The position numbers and the translations under genes are program-made. 59,894 nt of DNA from a virus (Duplodnaviria; Caudoviricetes), in IMG/VR virus record IMGVR_UViG_3300033388_003934, positions 1 through 59,894 of that record; one strand, written 5' to 3'. Positions 40,731 through 50,113 of this stretch are shown piece by piece (within the stretch, counting starts at the first letter, position 1; the number at the start of each line of letters is the position of its first letter). The notes under the pieces are model-generated. The model saw nothing but the letters and a program-made list of their open reading frames with translations. It was not told where the DNA came from and did not search any database.

Positions 40731-41154
40731 CATCCTCTTAATTCTGTTGTTAATAGCCTGTTCGCCACAAAAGAGGTTGAACAGGTTAATTGACAAGCAT
40801 CCAGAATTATTACAACAAGATACTTTAAATTTAGTAATACATGATACTGTAGTAATAGAATCAGTTTCACACGATACTACTACACAGTTAATTTATCATG
40901 ACTCTACTATTATAGTTAATAATGAAAAGGTATTTGCTAAATATTACTATGACACTATAACAAGGGAATTTCATCATTATGTTGAGTGTAAAGGAGATAC
41001 TGTAACTGTTATTAAAGAGATAGCAGTTCCGTTTGAAAAAGTTGTTGTTGTAGAATTGACTTGGTGGGAAAAATGGCGTGATACCATAATAATTGTCGGA
41101 ATAATTATATTATTGTTAATACTTTTTAAGAAGTTTGGTAAAGTATTACTTTAA
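40705..41154 (+). CDS. Putative unimolecular spanin
   Basis: N-terminal lipoprotein signal (LLILLLIA-C), HDT-repeat periplasmic region and C-terminal TM (TIIIVGIIILLLILF). Confidence 0.7.
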   Translation: MRFLKRINSILLILLLIACSPQKRLNRLIDKHPELLQQDTLNLVIHDTVVIESVSHDTTTQLIYHDSTIIVNNEKVFAKYYYDTITREFHHYVECKGDTVTVIKEIAVPFEKVVVVELTWWEKWRDTIIIVGIIILLLILFKKFGKVLL

Positions 41155-41168
41155 AATAATTATATTTG
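41134..41168 (+). promoter_or_regulatory. Possible Bacteroidota housekeeping-sigma promoter
   Basis: TTTG(41134-41137)-N23-TATATTTG(41161-41168), 3 nt before the ATG at 41172. Confidence 0.35.
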
Positions 41169-41171
41169 AGA

Positions 41172-41462
41172 ATGAGTTATAGAGAAGTAGAAGTAGATGT
41201 TATAGTAGGAGATAAAAAAATACCTTATACATTTAATGTAGATGCTATTAATTATTATCGTACTTTTTCGGATAACTCAGGAACATTAAAGACTATGATA
41301 TATTTAAAAGGTTCTTTAAAAGGAGTTATTTTAAATATTGGATATGAGACTTTAAAAAGCCAACTACAACAAAGTAATGAAGTGTATAATTATATACTTT
41401 CATTAAGCCCAGAAGAATTTAAGCATATTAAATCATTAATGGGTAGTATAGAATACAAATAA
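41172..41462 (+). CDS. Hypothetical protein
   Basis: Last + strand ORF; ATG at 41172 preferred over TTG at 41166. Confidence 0.55.
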   Translation: MSYREVEVDVIVGDKKIPYTFNVDAINYYRTFSDNSGTLKTMIYLKGSLKGVILNIGYETLKSQLQQSNEVYNYILSLSPEEFKHIKSLMGSIEYK

Positions 41463-41500
41463 TCGCGTTTCTTCATATATCCATAGTAACCTGGATAAGT

Positions 41501-41540
41501 AAAAAAGAAAAGGAGCTCTCAAAGGCTCCTTTTTCTTTCT
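41501..41540. terminator. Bidirectional intrinsic terminator at the strand switch
   Basis: A-rich run, aaaaggagc-loop-gctcctttt, T-rich run, between convergent gene blocks. Confidence 0.7.
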
Positions 41541-41926
41541 TGAATGAATCTTTTTCTAACCATTCGTACATCTTCAGTTAATCTTGTAATTTTTTTATAC
41601 AAGTGTTTATCTGAAAATAAATAATTTTCAATAGATGTTTTAGCGTGTAATACTGTTGCGTGGTCATAACCACCATAAGCATCGCCAATTTTCTTAAGTG
41701 TTTGGCTACTCATACTATTGTATGCTAAATACATCATTAATTGTCTTGCAAATACATATTTGCGTTTTCTTGATCTTTCGAAAACTTTATCTTTATCAAT
41801 ATCAAATTCTGAACATACCAGTTCTTTAATGAATTTATATCCATCAAGATTCATTCCTGGTATTGCCATGTATGATATTTTTATTACAGTTTCCGTTTCA
41901 CATATTTCTTCATTAGTAACTGACAT
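41519..41926 (-). CDS. DnaA C-terminal (domain IV) DNA-binding domain protein
   Basis: SRKRKYVFARQLMMYL...LKKIGDAYGGYDHATVLHA matches the DnaA domain IV signature; no AAA+ domain. Confidence 0.85.
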   Translation of the reverse strand: MSVTNEEICETETVIKISYMAIPGMNLDGYKFIKELVCSEFDIDKDKVFERSRKRKYVFARQLMMYLAYNSMSSQTLKKIGDAYGGYDHATVLHAKTSIENYLFSDKHLYKKITRLTEDVRMVRKRFIQERKRSL

Positions 41927-42105
41927 AATTCTTCAGGTTTTATTTCCATATATTGAGCTATATTGATTATATAAGAAAAAGGTATATCTCCTTTGTTAAA
42001 ATGATGTTGTAACAATTGAGGAGATACACCAATAGTACGAGCTAAATCGCTCTTATTGATTTTACATTTTTTGCAAAACTTATGTAAATCAAAAATTATA
42101 ATCAT
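41884..42105 (-). CDS. Cro/XRE-like HTH protein
   Basis: INKSDLARTIGVSPQLL. Confidence 0.7.
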   Translation of the reverse strand: MIIIFDLHKFCKKCKINKSDLARTIGVSPQLLQHHFNKGDIPFSYIINIAQYMEIKPEELCQLLMKKYVKRKL

Positions 42106-42956
42106 ATGCTTCCAAAATAACAGAAATTATTTACATATTCTTTATCGTAATTCTTTAAATTATTTCTATGAACATTTAAAAGGTGTCGGTATTTTTCTCT
42201 TCCAGCATCTAATGTATCTCCAGAAACTTCATATATACCTACAGTATATGGAAATGTCTTTTCTACATTAATAAACCAAAATTGATTTACACCTACTATA
42301 TCACAATAAAAAGCAGCTTGTCTATCTAAATGATATTTATTTACTTCTCTTTTAAAATTATATGGATTAGGAACATCTTTAAAGCCTTTTAAATCAACTA
42401 TATAGTTTCCTACATTAATTGCATCTACTTTGCATTTACAATTAAATCCTTCTAACTTTTTCCAATAAGCAATTTCTTTTTTAGTGTTTTCTAATAATTG
42501 TACAGCTTGAGGTATTTTATCTAATTTCTCTGCAATACATTTAATATCACAATACCAATCAAAAGATATTTCATCTTTATCTTGATTTTCCACTATAAGC
42601 TGTACTTTCCATTCTTTATAAGCTTTTGTAGCTCTGGGCTTTGCGCCACCTATTTCATCACATTTAGCTTGATCGTCTATATACCAAAATCTTTTATCAA
42701 ATTCTTCAAATTCTAATATATAGCAATGTAAAGCTCTACCGTCTATGTACGCTTGTTTTTGTTGTCTCCAGGCTGGATATTTTATATAAGCATCAAAATG
42801 TTCAGGAGAATCATTAATGTATTTTAACATTGAATTTGAAATGTACTTAATATCATTATAATATTTAGCATCATTCCATTCCAAAACATTGTTTGGCTCA
42901 TATTTCTTAATTTCATTCATGAAATCTTTGGCTTGACTACTTGGTATTAATCCCAT
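42102..42956 (-). CDS. RecE/ExoVIII-like PD-(D/E)XK exonuclease (DUF3799-like)
   Basis: ISNSML, GRALHCYILE, CKCKVD...IVDLK, YHLDRQAAFY, NVEKTFPY. Confidence 0.8.
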   Translation of the reverse strand: MGLIPSSQAKDFMNEIKKYEPNNVLEWNDAKYYNDIKYISNSMLKYINDSPEHFDAYIKYPAWRQQKQAYIDGRALHCYILEFEEFDKRFWYIDDQAKCDEIGGAKPRATKAYKEWKVQLIVENQDKDEISFDWYCDIKCIAEKLDKIPQAVQLLENTKKEIAYWKKLEGFNCKCKVDAINVGNYIVDLKGFKDVPNPYNFKREVNKYHLDRQAAFYCDIVGVNQFWFINVEKTFPYTVGIYEVSGDTLDAGREKYRHLLNVHRNNLKNYDKEYVNNFCYFGSI

Positions 42957-43393
42957 TTTCTTTTTTTCTTTGCTTTAAAAGGTTTTTCTCTAACAGGAGG
43001 TAGTTCTTGTTCATATTCATCTCTTGTTAAGAAGAAAAAGTCTTTTTTTCTTTTGTTTAAGTATTTGACAAATAAAGTCAAATCAAATTTCTTTTCTTGA
43101 CGCACTATAACATATTCAGGAAAATAAGTTAATTTTTTTTTATCTTCTTCTGAAATGTCTACATCTTTTAAAAGATTCTTAACTGCAACATCTTTCCCTT
43201 TATAATCAATTAAGACTTTTTTAGGGGGATCATAAGTTATTGTACAATATTTAGAAGTCCTAAATAAAGCTAACCATTTTTTGACTACAGATACTTTGTA
43301 ATTTGTCCAAATTACTCCTTCTCTATCATAATCATCTAATAGAAATACTTGATTAAGATACTTCGTATTTAAATTGTTTAATAGTTTTGACAT
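42947..43393 (-). CDS. Hypothetical protein
   Basis: 148-aa ORF overlapping its neighbours in the operon. Confidence 0.55.
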   Translation of the reverse strand: MSKLLNNLNTKYLNQVFLLDDYDREGVIWTNYKVSVVKKWLALFRTSKYCTITYDPPKKVLIDYKGKDVAVKNLLKDVDISEEDKKKLTYFPEYVIVRQEKKFDLTLFVKYLNKRKKDFFFLTRDEYEQELPPVREKPFKAKKKRKWD

Positions 43394-43904
43394 TTTTATA
43401 CTTCAATTTTCTTGGTTTGAAAGATTTGTCTGTTAACAAATATCTTTCTGGTGTAAAAGTTTTATTAAATATTTTATCTGGTGTAACTATTTGTATGTAT
43501 TTACCGTATTTATCCATTACCCACTTAATATTAAGTGTTGCTAATCTTGTCATGTTCTGAAAATCAAAACTCCCTTTTATTTCCCAAATTGATTCATTTC
43601 TTTGAGCAACAAAGGGAGCTGTAATCTTTTCATTATCTTCTAAATTTTGATAAAATAAACCTTTAGCAGAGTAATCCCATTTAACTACAACATCGGGAGT
43701 ATATGAATGAGGTTGTAAAATAGTAGTTTCCATTTCTTTATCATCAACTCTTTTCATTGGTTTTATCCAATTATGAGTTATTTTTTTAGATAATGGAAAT
43801 GAATAATCTTCAAAATTATAACTATCTACATACCCATGATTTAACAAGGTTTGTAAATACCAATCTATATACTTTTCTTCATTGCTATCAAATGATCTTC
43901 TCAT
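43353..43904 (-). CDS. PD-(D/E)XK endonuclease (possible resolvase)
   Basis: FDSNEE...HSYTPD...WEIKG. Confidence 0.65.
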   Translation of the reverse strand: MRRSFDSNEEKYIDWYLQTLLNHGYVDSYNFEDYSFPLSKKITHNWIKPMKRVDDKEMETTILQPHSYTPDVVVKWDYSAKGLFYQNLEDNEKITAPFVAQRNESIWEIKGSFDFQNMTRLATLNIKWVMDKYGKYIQIVTPDKIFNKTFTPERYLLTDKSFKPRKLKYKNVKTIKQFKYEVS

Positions 43905-43979
43905 AAAGCTTCCTTATTTTATCTTCATATTCAATAAATAACCAATCGATTTTTATTTCAAATTCCATAAATAATAGTT

Positions 43980-44240
43980 CTAACTTTTCTTCCATTTCAG
44001 TATTTCTAAATGTTTAGCTTTAACTTTTTTATTAAATTCTGGTTTTTTTTCTGCTTCATTATGACAATTTCTACATAAACCAGCTAAGTTTTCAATAAAA
44101 TCTTTTGTTTTACTACCACCCATTCCACGAGCTTCAATATGATGTACATCTACAGCTCTGGAAGAACACATTTCACAAGGTATAAAATCTTGTTCTCCAT
44201 ACCCAAAATGCTTAAGGTATATCCTGGTGTGTTTCCTCAT
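43980..44240 (-). CDS. HNH endonuclease
   Basis: CEMC...DVHHI..RGMGG...NLAGLCRNCH; ATG at 44240. Confidence 0.85.
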   Translation of the reverse strand: MRKHTRIYLKHFGYGEQDFIPCEMCSSRAVDVHHIEARGMGGSKTKDFIENLAGLCRNCHNEAEKKPEFNKKVKAKHLEILKWKKS

Positions 44241-44364
44241 TGGTAGAAAATATATTTTCACAAGTTATTTTAATAAATAACCATAAAAGTCTTAATCCCC
44301 ATCCTATAACTAAATAGATAGAGATAAATAATGCTGTTATAAATCCTAAAAATCTATATATCAT
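44212..44364 (-). CDS. Small membrane protein (50 aa, not in ORF track)
   Basis: MIYRFLGFITALFISIYLVIGWGLRLLWLFIK... Confidence 0.45.
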   Translation of the reverse strand: MIYRFLGFITALFISIYLVIGWGLRLLWLFIKITCENIFSTNEETHQDIP

Positions 44365-44565
44365 GATTAATTGCTAAATATTTTAAAACCATTTTATCAG
44401 TTACCTGAGCCGGTTTAATATTATAAAATCTTGATGTTTCAAAATACCATCTGTTTAATTTCTCTTGTAATTTTACAATTTTACTTGCCATCTTCTTTTG
44501 GTTTTAAAGATTTTGCTTTTCTTATCGCTTCTGAGGATTCAAAATCCAATTGCATTATTCTGTAT

Positions 44566-44778
44566 CTATCGCTCATCTTCTTTTGGTTTTAAATCTTCTT
44601 CTGTTATACCATTTATAGCATAACTTACTTCATTTAAATTTTGTTGTAAAAAAGTTCTTTGACAATTTTCACTATTATTGCCATTAATTGGCATAGTCTG
44701 AATATGTTCTTCTAATTTGTCTAAAAGATTTTCAGCTTTATTTTTAAATTTTTCTAATTTATTCATTTTAAAGTCCAA
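44566..44778 (-). CDS. Hypothetical coiled-coil protein
   Basis: Short ORF in operon; true start may be the internal MNKLEK. Confidence 0.5.
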   Translation of the reverse strand: MDFKMNKLEKFKNKAENLLDKLEEHIQTMPINGNNSENCQRTFLQQNLNEVSYAINGITEEDLKPKEDER

Positions 44779-45211
44779 TTTGATTCATAAAGTTTTCTTC
44801 ATTAGGATCTGGAATATCAATTCCTTTAGAAGCCCAATGAGCTTGTATAGACTGCTTAAAGTCATTAAACTGTATAGTATTCATACTTTTAGTAGAAATA
44901 TCGTTAAAAACCATTATTTCAGTTCCTAATACATTTAAAGTACTAAACTTAGAAGATGATATAATAGCTTTATGATAAGCGTGTATTTCTTCTTTAGTAA
45001 ATAATTCGCCTTGTATATTGTATAAATCTTGTGTAATTTTCTTTAAAGCAACGCCCCAATACCATCTATTTTGAGCATCAGAACGATTTTTCTTATGTTT
45101 CTTAATATTTATTACAATATTCTTACCTTCCATTGATGATATAAAAGATTTTACCTTTTCTTCTTCAAGAAAGATTAATTTACCGTTTTCTATTTTAGTT
45201 AAAAATTCCAT
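44768..45211 (-). CDS. NinB/Orf-like recombination accessory protein
   Basis: KNRSDAQNRWYWGV...STKSMNTIQF...GIDIPDP. Confidence 0.65.
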   Translation of the reverse strand: MEFLTKIENGKLIFLEEEKVKSFISSMEGKNIVINIKKHKKNRSDAQNRWYWGVALKKITQDLYNIQGELFTKEEIHAYHKAIISSSKFSTLNVLGTEIMVFNDISTKSMNTIQFNDFKQSIQAHWASKGIDIPDPNEENFMNQIGL

Positions 45212-45224
45212 AGTATTTAATTAA

Positions 45225-45248
45225 CAAGGCGCACCAAAGTACGCCTTG
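45225..45248 (-). promoter_or_regulatory. Conserved intergenic stem-loop, copy 1
   Basis: CAAGGCGUAC-UUUG-GUGCGCCUUG, 13 nt before ATG 45211. Confidence 0.8.
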
Positions 45249-45253
45249 CAATC

Positions 45254-45895
45254 TTAGAATGGTAAATCATCTCCTTCAGTATCTCCAATAGAGTTATCAT
45301 CATCAAAACCTTTGTCACTTGCTGGCTTGCCTTGTTTGGCAGCAGCTTGTGACGGCTTGTGTTCTGATTCCCAATCAGCTAATCTTTCTTTAAATTGTTC
45401 CATCTTAGCCGGTTTTAAAGGAGTAAAGAAATAAGATTGATTACCTTTAATGGTATCGTGTTCAGCAGCACAAAAACTATATTCAATAGCAGTTTTAATT
45501 ACTGGCTTATTGTAATTGTCTTTGTCTTTACCAACATATTCAATTTTCTTAAATAACGCTTTAACTCTGTTACCTATAACAGATTTAATAGCATCTTCAC
45601 CATCTAAAGTATCATTATAACTTGCATTTGCTAAAAATTCTTTAAGTCTTTTTAACTTAAATTCTCTTGCAGTATCAGATTCTTTACCAGTAATTCTATA
45701 AAATGTAATGGTATTTTCTTTCTCAGATTCTACATCTTGTACTGTAAATTCTATAAAAGGATTTCCTTTGTAGTCTTTTTTACTTTCAGATGTTTGATAT
45801 CCTGTTATCTTAACAATAAAAACACCAGGCTCGTTTATATACTTGCCTGAGTTTTTAAAGTCTTTTACTAAGTTTAATTCATCATTTAGATTCAT
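45254..45895 (-). CDS. ssDNA-binding protein (DUF669/gp2.5-like)
   Basis: PGVFIVKI start, acidic tail ending DDLPF; follows the Sak4-like ATPase. Confidence 0.65.
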   Translation of the reverse strand: MNLNDELNLVKDFKNSGKYINEPGVFIVKITGYQTSESKKDYKGNPFIEFTVQDVESEKENTITFYRITGKESDTAREFKLKRLKEFLANASYNDTLDGEDAIKSVIGNRVKALFKKIEYVGKDKDNYNKPVIKTAIEYSFCAAEHDTIKGNQSYFFTPLKPAKMEQFKERLADWESEHKPSQAAAKQGKPASDKGFDDDNSIGDTEGDDLPF

Positions 45896-46574
45896 CTACT
45901 TTTTCTTTTTTTGGTTTAACTTTCTTTTTATCCCATCCATAATATTTATCAACTTCATTTAATATAGAATTAATATCATTCTCCATTATTGGAGGTAACA
46001 TTTCCATTGGTGATTTAGCTGATATTCTATTATATCCAGGTTGTTTATTTGTAATAAATCGATATTCTTGCTTATCATTAATTTCTTTAGCTTCAGAATA
46101 AACTACTATTACAAATTCTTTTTCTACTTTTTTCTTCCAACTACCATCTACAGCTATAAATCTTTCTTCAACTCCAGAATCTCCTTCAACGAATTGATCT
46201 ATACCTATAAAAATTATGTATTTATCTGTATTCTTAGACATTTCCATAATTTTCTTGATTTCATTCTTATAATAATCCCATACATCAAAACCATCATATA
46301 ATGATTTAGCTTTCATGTAAATAAGCTCTATTAAAGAAGTAAAGCTTTCAATTACTATAATATCAATCTCAGGATTTTCAATTGCTTTAGTTAAAGCAGT
46401 TTTAAATAATTGTAGAGAATTAATTGGTACATTAAGTTTAAATTCAATTCCTTTTCTAAAAGGAAGTGCTTTTTGTTCAGTATTTAGTATTACTGTTCTT
46501 TCAGGTGGTAAATTACGCATAGAGGTACTTTTACCAGTCCCTGATGGGCCGCAAATAAAAATATTCGGTTTCAT
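45882..46574 (-). CDS. Sak4-like AAA_24 ATPase (ssDNA annealing)
   Basis: GPSGTGKSTS Walker A; IIVIES; SAKSPM. Confidence 0.8.
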   Translation of the reverse strand: MKPNIFICGPSGTGKSTSMRNLPPERTVILNTEQKALPFRKGIEFKLNVPINSLQLFKTALTKAIENPEIDIIVIESFTSLIELIYMKAKSLYDGFDVWDYYKNEIKKIMEMSKNTDKYIIFIGIDQFVEGDSGVEERFIAVDGSWKKKVEKEFVIVVYSEAKEINDKQEYRFITNKQPGYNRISAKSPMEMLPPIMENDINSILNEVDKYYGWDKKKVKPKKEKVDESK

Positions 46575-46840
46575 TAATTTTTGTAAATAAGAATTACTAA
46601 TTCATTTTCTATTACTTCTTCGTATTCTTTCTCTTCTTTAGGTACACTTTGAATTTGTTTTGTACCCATGTTAATCATTTCGCAAAATTTGGTTTTACAT
46701 CTATGCATTGTAGTTATTTCTACTAATCTTTGCAATAATGCAAAATCTTTCATAGTTGTATTTTCTTTTAAGCGAATATTAACTTCTTTCAAGTAATTAT
46801 CTTGACGGTATTTGTATTTTGATACTTTTTTAAAGTACAT
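46574..46840 (-). CDS. Hypothetical protein
   Basis: ATG at 46840 (MYFKK) preferred over TTG at 46882. Confidence 0.45.
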   Translation of the reverse strand: MYFKKVSKYKYRQDNYLKEVNIRLKENTTMKDFALLQRLVEITTMHRCKTKFCEMINMGTKQIQSVPKEEKEYEEVIENELVILIYKN

Positions 46841-46883
46841 AGTTTTCAGATTAAATTTAAAAATATACTTTAATCTTTGCAAA

Positions 46884-47132
46884 TTATTTATACTTTTTTT
46901 GGTGTTTTCTTTTTCTTAAATTTATATTCTTGCCCTCTTTGAGCATTTTATTCTTATACCTTTTTAATAGTTTTATTTTGAAATACCCTTTAAGGTTTAT
47001 TTCTTCATTGTTCTGTAAGGCATTACGAAATCCATCAAAGAAATGGAAAACCACAATGTGAACAACAGCTTTATCAATTCCTAATTTCTTAGAAATCTCT
47101 GTTATAATTTTCGAATGCTTGTAATTTTTCAT
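46884..47132 (-). CDS. HU/IHF-like DNA-binding protein
   Basis: IITEISKKLGIDKAVVHIVV..FFD.FRNALQNNEEINLKGYFKI. Confidence 0.7.
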   Translation of the reverse strand: MKNYKHSKIITEISKKLGIDKAVVHIVVFHFFDGFRNALQNNEEINLKGYFKIKLLKRYKNKMLKEGKNINLRKRKHQKKYK

Positions 47133-48486
47133 TTTCTAAAAATTCAATTTCGGATGCAAACTTTGCAAATTGACTTATATACTTAAGGTTTTCATTTCCA
47201 ATACCGGTTGATCTTCCTTTAGCAATAATTATTTCAACATTTTCTATTTCAGGTATTCTTTCTTCAATTTCATAATAAGCTGCTCTATAAACAAACATTA
47301 CCATATCAGCATCTTGCTCAATGGCTCCTGATTCTCTTAAATCAGATAATATTGGTCTTTTGTTAGCTCTTTGTGTTACAGCTCTTGAGATTTGAGATAT
47401 AGCTATAATAACAATTTTTAATTCTCTGCATAACTGCTTGAATGTTCTTGATATTTTTGCTATTTCTTGCTCTCTTGTTCCGTTTCGTTTTGTGTTTGGA
47501 ATAGTAACTAATTGAAGATAATCTACTATAAAAAATTTACAGTTGTTTTTGATATTTAATTTTCTGATTTTATTACATATATGATTTAAATCTCCAGATT
47601 TATCATCAATAAAATAATTTTCATTTTCAAAATATTTAGCAGAATCATAAAAATCATTCCAATCTTTTTCTTTTAATTGCTTTTTTCTGATTTTACCTAA
47701 ATGTATGCATCCATAAGATGCTATCATTCTTGTAAGTAATTGCTCTTTAGACATTTCTAAAGAAAAAATAGCTACAGGTAAGTTTCTAATAATATGATTT
47801 TTAGCAATTTCTAATGCAAATGCAGTTTTACCCATTGATGGAGCTCCAGCAACTATTATTAAGTCTGAAAGTTCCCAACCATATATAAAATTATCTATTT
47901 CCTGAATAAATGTTTTAATATAATTCTTACCATCTTTATCAGACATATTATCTATTACGCCTTGTAAAGTTTTAATAGGGTTATATTCTTCAACATCTGC
48001 ATATTCTTGTAATTCAACAATTTTATCGGTTATTTTAGAGATAATTTCATCTGGATTAACCATATCATTTGAATCTTCGTTAATCTGATTTGCAAGATTT
48101 AGCAATTCTCTTCTTTGAGAATATGCCATTAATAATTTAATATGTGTTTTAATATGTGCATCAGTTGATACTCTGTCTGCAATTTCATTAATATAATCAA
48201 TTAATGTAGCTCCTGTTTTTTCTATAATTCTTGTATTATAACCTTTTGTATTTACTCTATCAGTAACAGTTATAATATCAATTTTTGAATCTTCTGCACA
48301 TTCTTGAATTGCTGTAAAAACATATCTTGAAGCTTCTGTAGAAAATCCTTTTATATTTACCTGGTCTGCAAATTCATAATATCTGTCAGGGTAATTAATA
48401 AAAGTACCTAATACAATTTCTTCTAAATCGTGGTTACTTTGTCCAAAAAATGTACCTTCTTGTAAAAATGTTAATTGGTCGTTCAT
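47089..48486 (-). CDS. dnaB: Replicative DNA helicase
   Basis: AGAPSMGKT, FSLEMS, IVDYLQL, LSDLRESGAIEQDAD. Confidence 0.95.
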   Translation of the reverse strand: MNDQLTFLQEGTFFGQSNHDLEEIVLGTFINYPDRYYEFADQVNIKGFSTEASRYVFTAIQECAEDSKIDIITVTDRVNTKGYNTRIIEKTGATLIDYINEIADRVSTDAHIKTHIKLLMAYSQRRELLNLANQINEDSNDMVNPDEIISKITDKIVELQEYADVEEYNPIKTLQGVIDNMSDKDGKNYIKTFIQEIDNFIYGWELSDLIIVAGAPSMGKTAFALEIAKNHIIRNLPVAIFSLEMSKEQLLTRMIASYGCIHLGKIRKKQLKEKDWNDFYDSAKYFENENYFIDDKSGDLNHICNKIRKLNIKNNCKFFIVDYLQLVTIPNTKRNGTREQEIAKISRTFKQLCRELKIVIIAISQISRAVTQRANKRPILSDLRESGAIEQDADMVMFVYRAAYYEIEERIPEIENVEIIIAKGRSTGIGNENLKYISQFAKFASEIEFLENEKLQAFENYNRDF

Positions 48487-48498
48487 ATTATTTTAATT

Positions 48499-48528
48499 TC
48501 AAGGCACACCAAAGATGGCGTGCCCTGA
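48499..48528 (-). promoter_or_regulatory. Conserved intergenic stem-loop, copy 2 (before dnaB)
   Basis: UCAGGGCACGCCA-UCUU-UGGUGUGCCUUGA, 12 nt before ATG 48486. Confidence 0.8.
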
Positions 48529-48532
48529 TTAA

Positions 48533-48964
48533 TTAGAAATTTTTAAAGATTTTTTCCATTATATTATCTGTAAAAAATCCTTGATCTTCTGCATCTTCTG
48601 AAGTTGGCAACATATTATACAGTTCTTTAACTTCAATATACTTATCTTTTAATATAGCTTCATAACAAGATAAGTGCAATGCTTTAATAGGAAATTTATT
48701 GTCAAAATATTCAGTTATTGCTTGACTTCTTTCAATATCTATATTTTTAGGAGAATCTTTATATATTTCATTTATAATATCAGTATCTCCATTATATTTT
48801 GCTAAAATATAAATATCTTTCCCATTTATCTCTCCATACCCATTATATGATTTGTCTATAAATACATTGTTAGGTGTAACTAAGACTATTCCATCATTAT
48901 ATTGAGTATGAGCATTTTTGATACTCTCTTTACAATGAGAGCAATTCCAGCTAAAAAATCCCAT
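48533..48964 (-). CDS. Hypothetical phage protein (CxxC...HxxC, possible Zn binding)
   Basis: MGFFSWNCSHC...YNGYG...HLSC...DQGFF. Confidence 0.6.
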   Translation of the reverse strand: MGFFSWNCSHCKESIKNAHTQYNDGIVLVTPNNVFIDKSYNGYGEINGKDIYILAKYNGDTDIINEIYKDSPKNIDIERSQAITEYFDNKFPIKALHLSCYEAILKDKYIEVKELYNMLPTSEDAEDQGFFTDNIMEKIFKNF

Positions 48965-50070
48965 TATATTGTAACTAATAGTTTACCTGCGATATCTTCA
49001 ATATCTCTTTTTCTTCTTGTATTACCTGATTGAACACCTACTTGAGTCATTGCTTGAGTTAGTTTCCAAATAGTATTTCTACCTTGAACACCATGTTCTG
49101 GGTTGTTATCAGAAAGTATATCAGTTAAAGATTTAACTTCATCTTTTCTCATACCCATTTTAGGAAGTTTTTTGATTTCAGTATCAATATTTACTAATCT
49201 GGATCCTGCTCTTTCAATATTTGAAACTTCGTGTAATAGAAATTCAGTATCAAAAGCACTATTAACAATATCTCTTACTAAAGAAGCTTGTGTTTCAGTA
49301 TCTAATTTATAAGTTTCATTACTTAAAATTAAATTATCAGGTAATTTTTTACCTAAATGAACTTGTCTAATAAGATTATCTCTTGTCATTCCATTTAAAC
49401 AAACTACTTGCATAGAATATGATTGTACTCTTAAAGCTCCATCTCCATAATCAGAGTTAGAAATTCTAAGTCCAAATACCATATATGTTACACCATTATA
49501 CTGTGTGTGTACAGGTACAACTTCTGGTAAAATAAATTCTATGTAAGTTCTTGTTTCATCATAACAGCAATCCATTAATTGTGCACCTTGATTCACACAA
49601 GCATTAAAAAATTCAGCATATATTTCAGCTGTATTTAATCTTCTATACTTGTCTGATAATACACCTTTAACTTGATTATCAAGAGTTCTTATAAGAAATC
49701 TTTTAGGTTCATGATTAATGGTATGTTCATTTAACATTTGAGTAGCTAAATCTCTTTCCCATTGATTTGTACCAGTAGCTAAAGATTTTAGATAGGTTGT
49801 TGGTATTCCTAATTTATCTCCTAATTGACCTACAGCATGTCTATGAATTTTTTGATAGTTTCCATCAATATTCATTTGCACAGATCCATTAGCGTAAAAT
49901 AAATTATAGTTTGTCATACCACCAATTGGCATAATCAAATCTTCAATACCGTTACTTTCTTCTTGAATTTTTCTAATAGTTGGCATTTTATCAGATGCAT
50001 CACTTAATACTCTGGTAATTTTTTCTTGCAGAATACTCTGCTCAGTTGGATTAATTGTTTGTATTTCCAT
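48964..50070 (-). CDS. DUF932-like protein
   Basis: LSDKYRRLN, ISNSDYGDGAL, VVCLNGM. Confidence 0.7.
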   Translation of the reverse strand: MEIQTINPTEQSILQEKITRVLSDASDKMPTIRKIQEESNGIEDLIMPIGGMTNYNLFYANGSVQMNIDGNYQKIHRHAVGQLGDKLGIPTTYLKSLATGTNQWERDLATQMLNEHTINHEPKRFLIRTLDNQVKGVLSDKYRRLNTAEIYAEFFNACVNQGAQLMDCCYDETRTYIEFILPEVVPVHTQYNGVTYMVFGLRISNSDYGDGALRVQSYSMQVVCLNGMTRDNLIRQVHLGKKLPDNLILSNETYKLDTETQASLVRDIVNSAFDTEFLLHEVSNIERAGSRLVNIDTEIKKLPKMGMRKDEVKSLTDILSDNNPEHGVQGRNTIWKLTQAMTQVGVQSGNTRRKRDIEDIAGKLLVTI

Positions 50071-50084
50071 AATATATTATTAAA

Positions 50085-50112
50085 ACAAAGAGCACCAAAG
50101 AGGTGCCCTTGC
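50085..50112 (-). promoter_or_regulatory. Conserved intergenic stem-loop, copy 3
   Basis: GCAAGGGCACC-UCUUU-GGUGCUCUUUGU before ATG 50070. Confidence 0.8.
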
Positions 50113-50113
50113 T

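Noticed and set aside
2162-40870. Short minus-strand ORFs within structural genes (e.g. 2162-2362, 2738-3049, 3925-4239, 11940-12173, 37615-37890) and the shifted-frame ORF 19349-19582
   Set aside because: Fully nested in long genes, with shadow-frame composition and no motifs.
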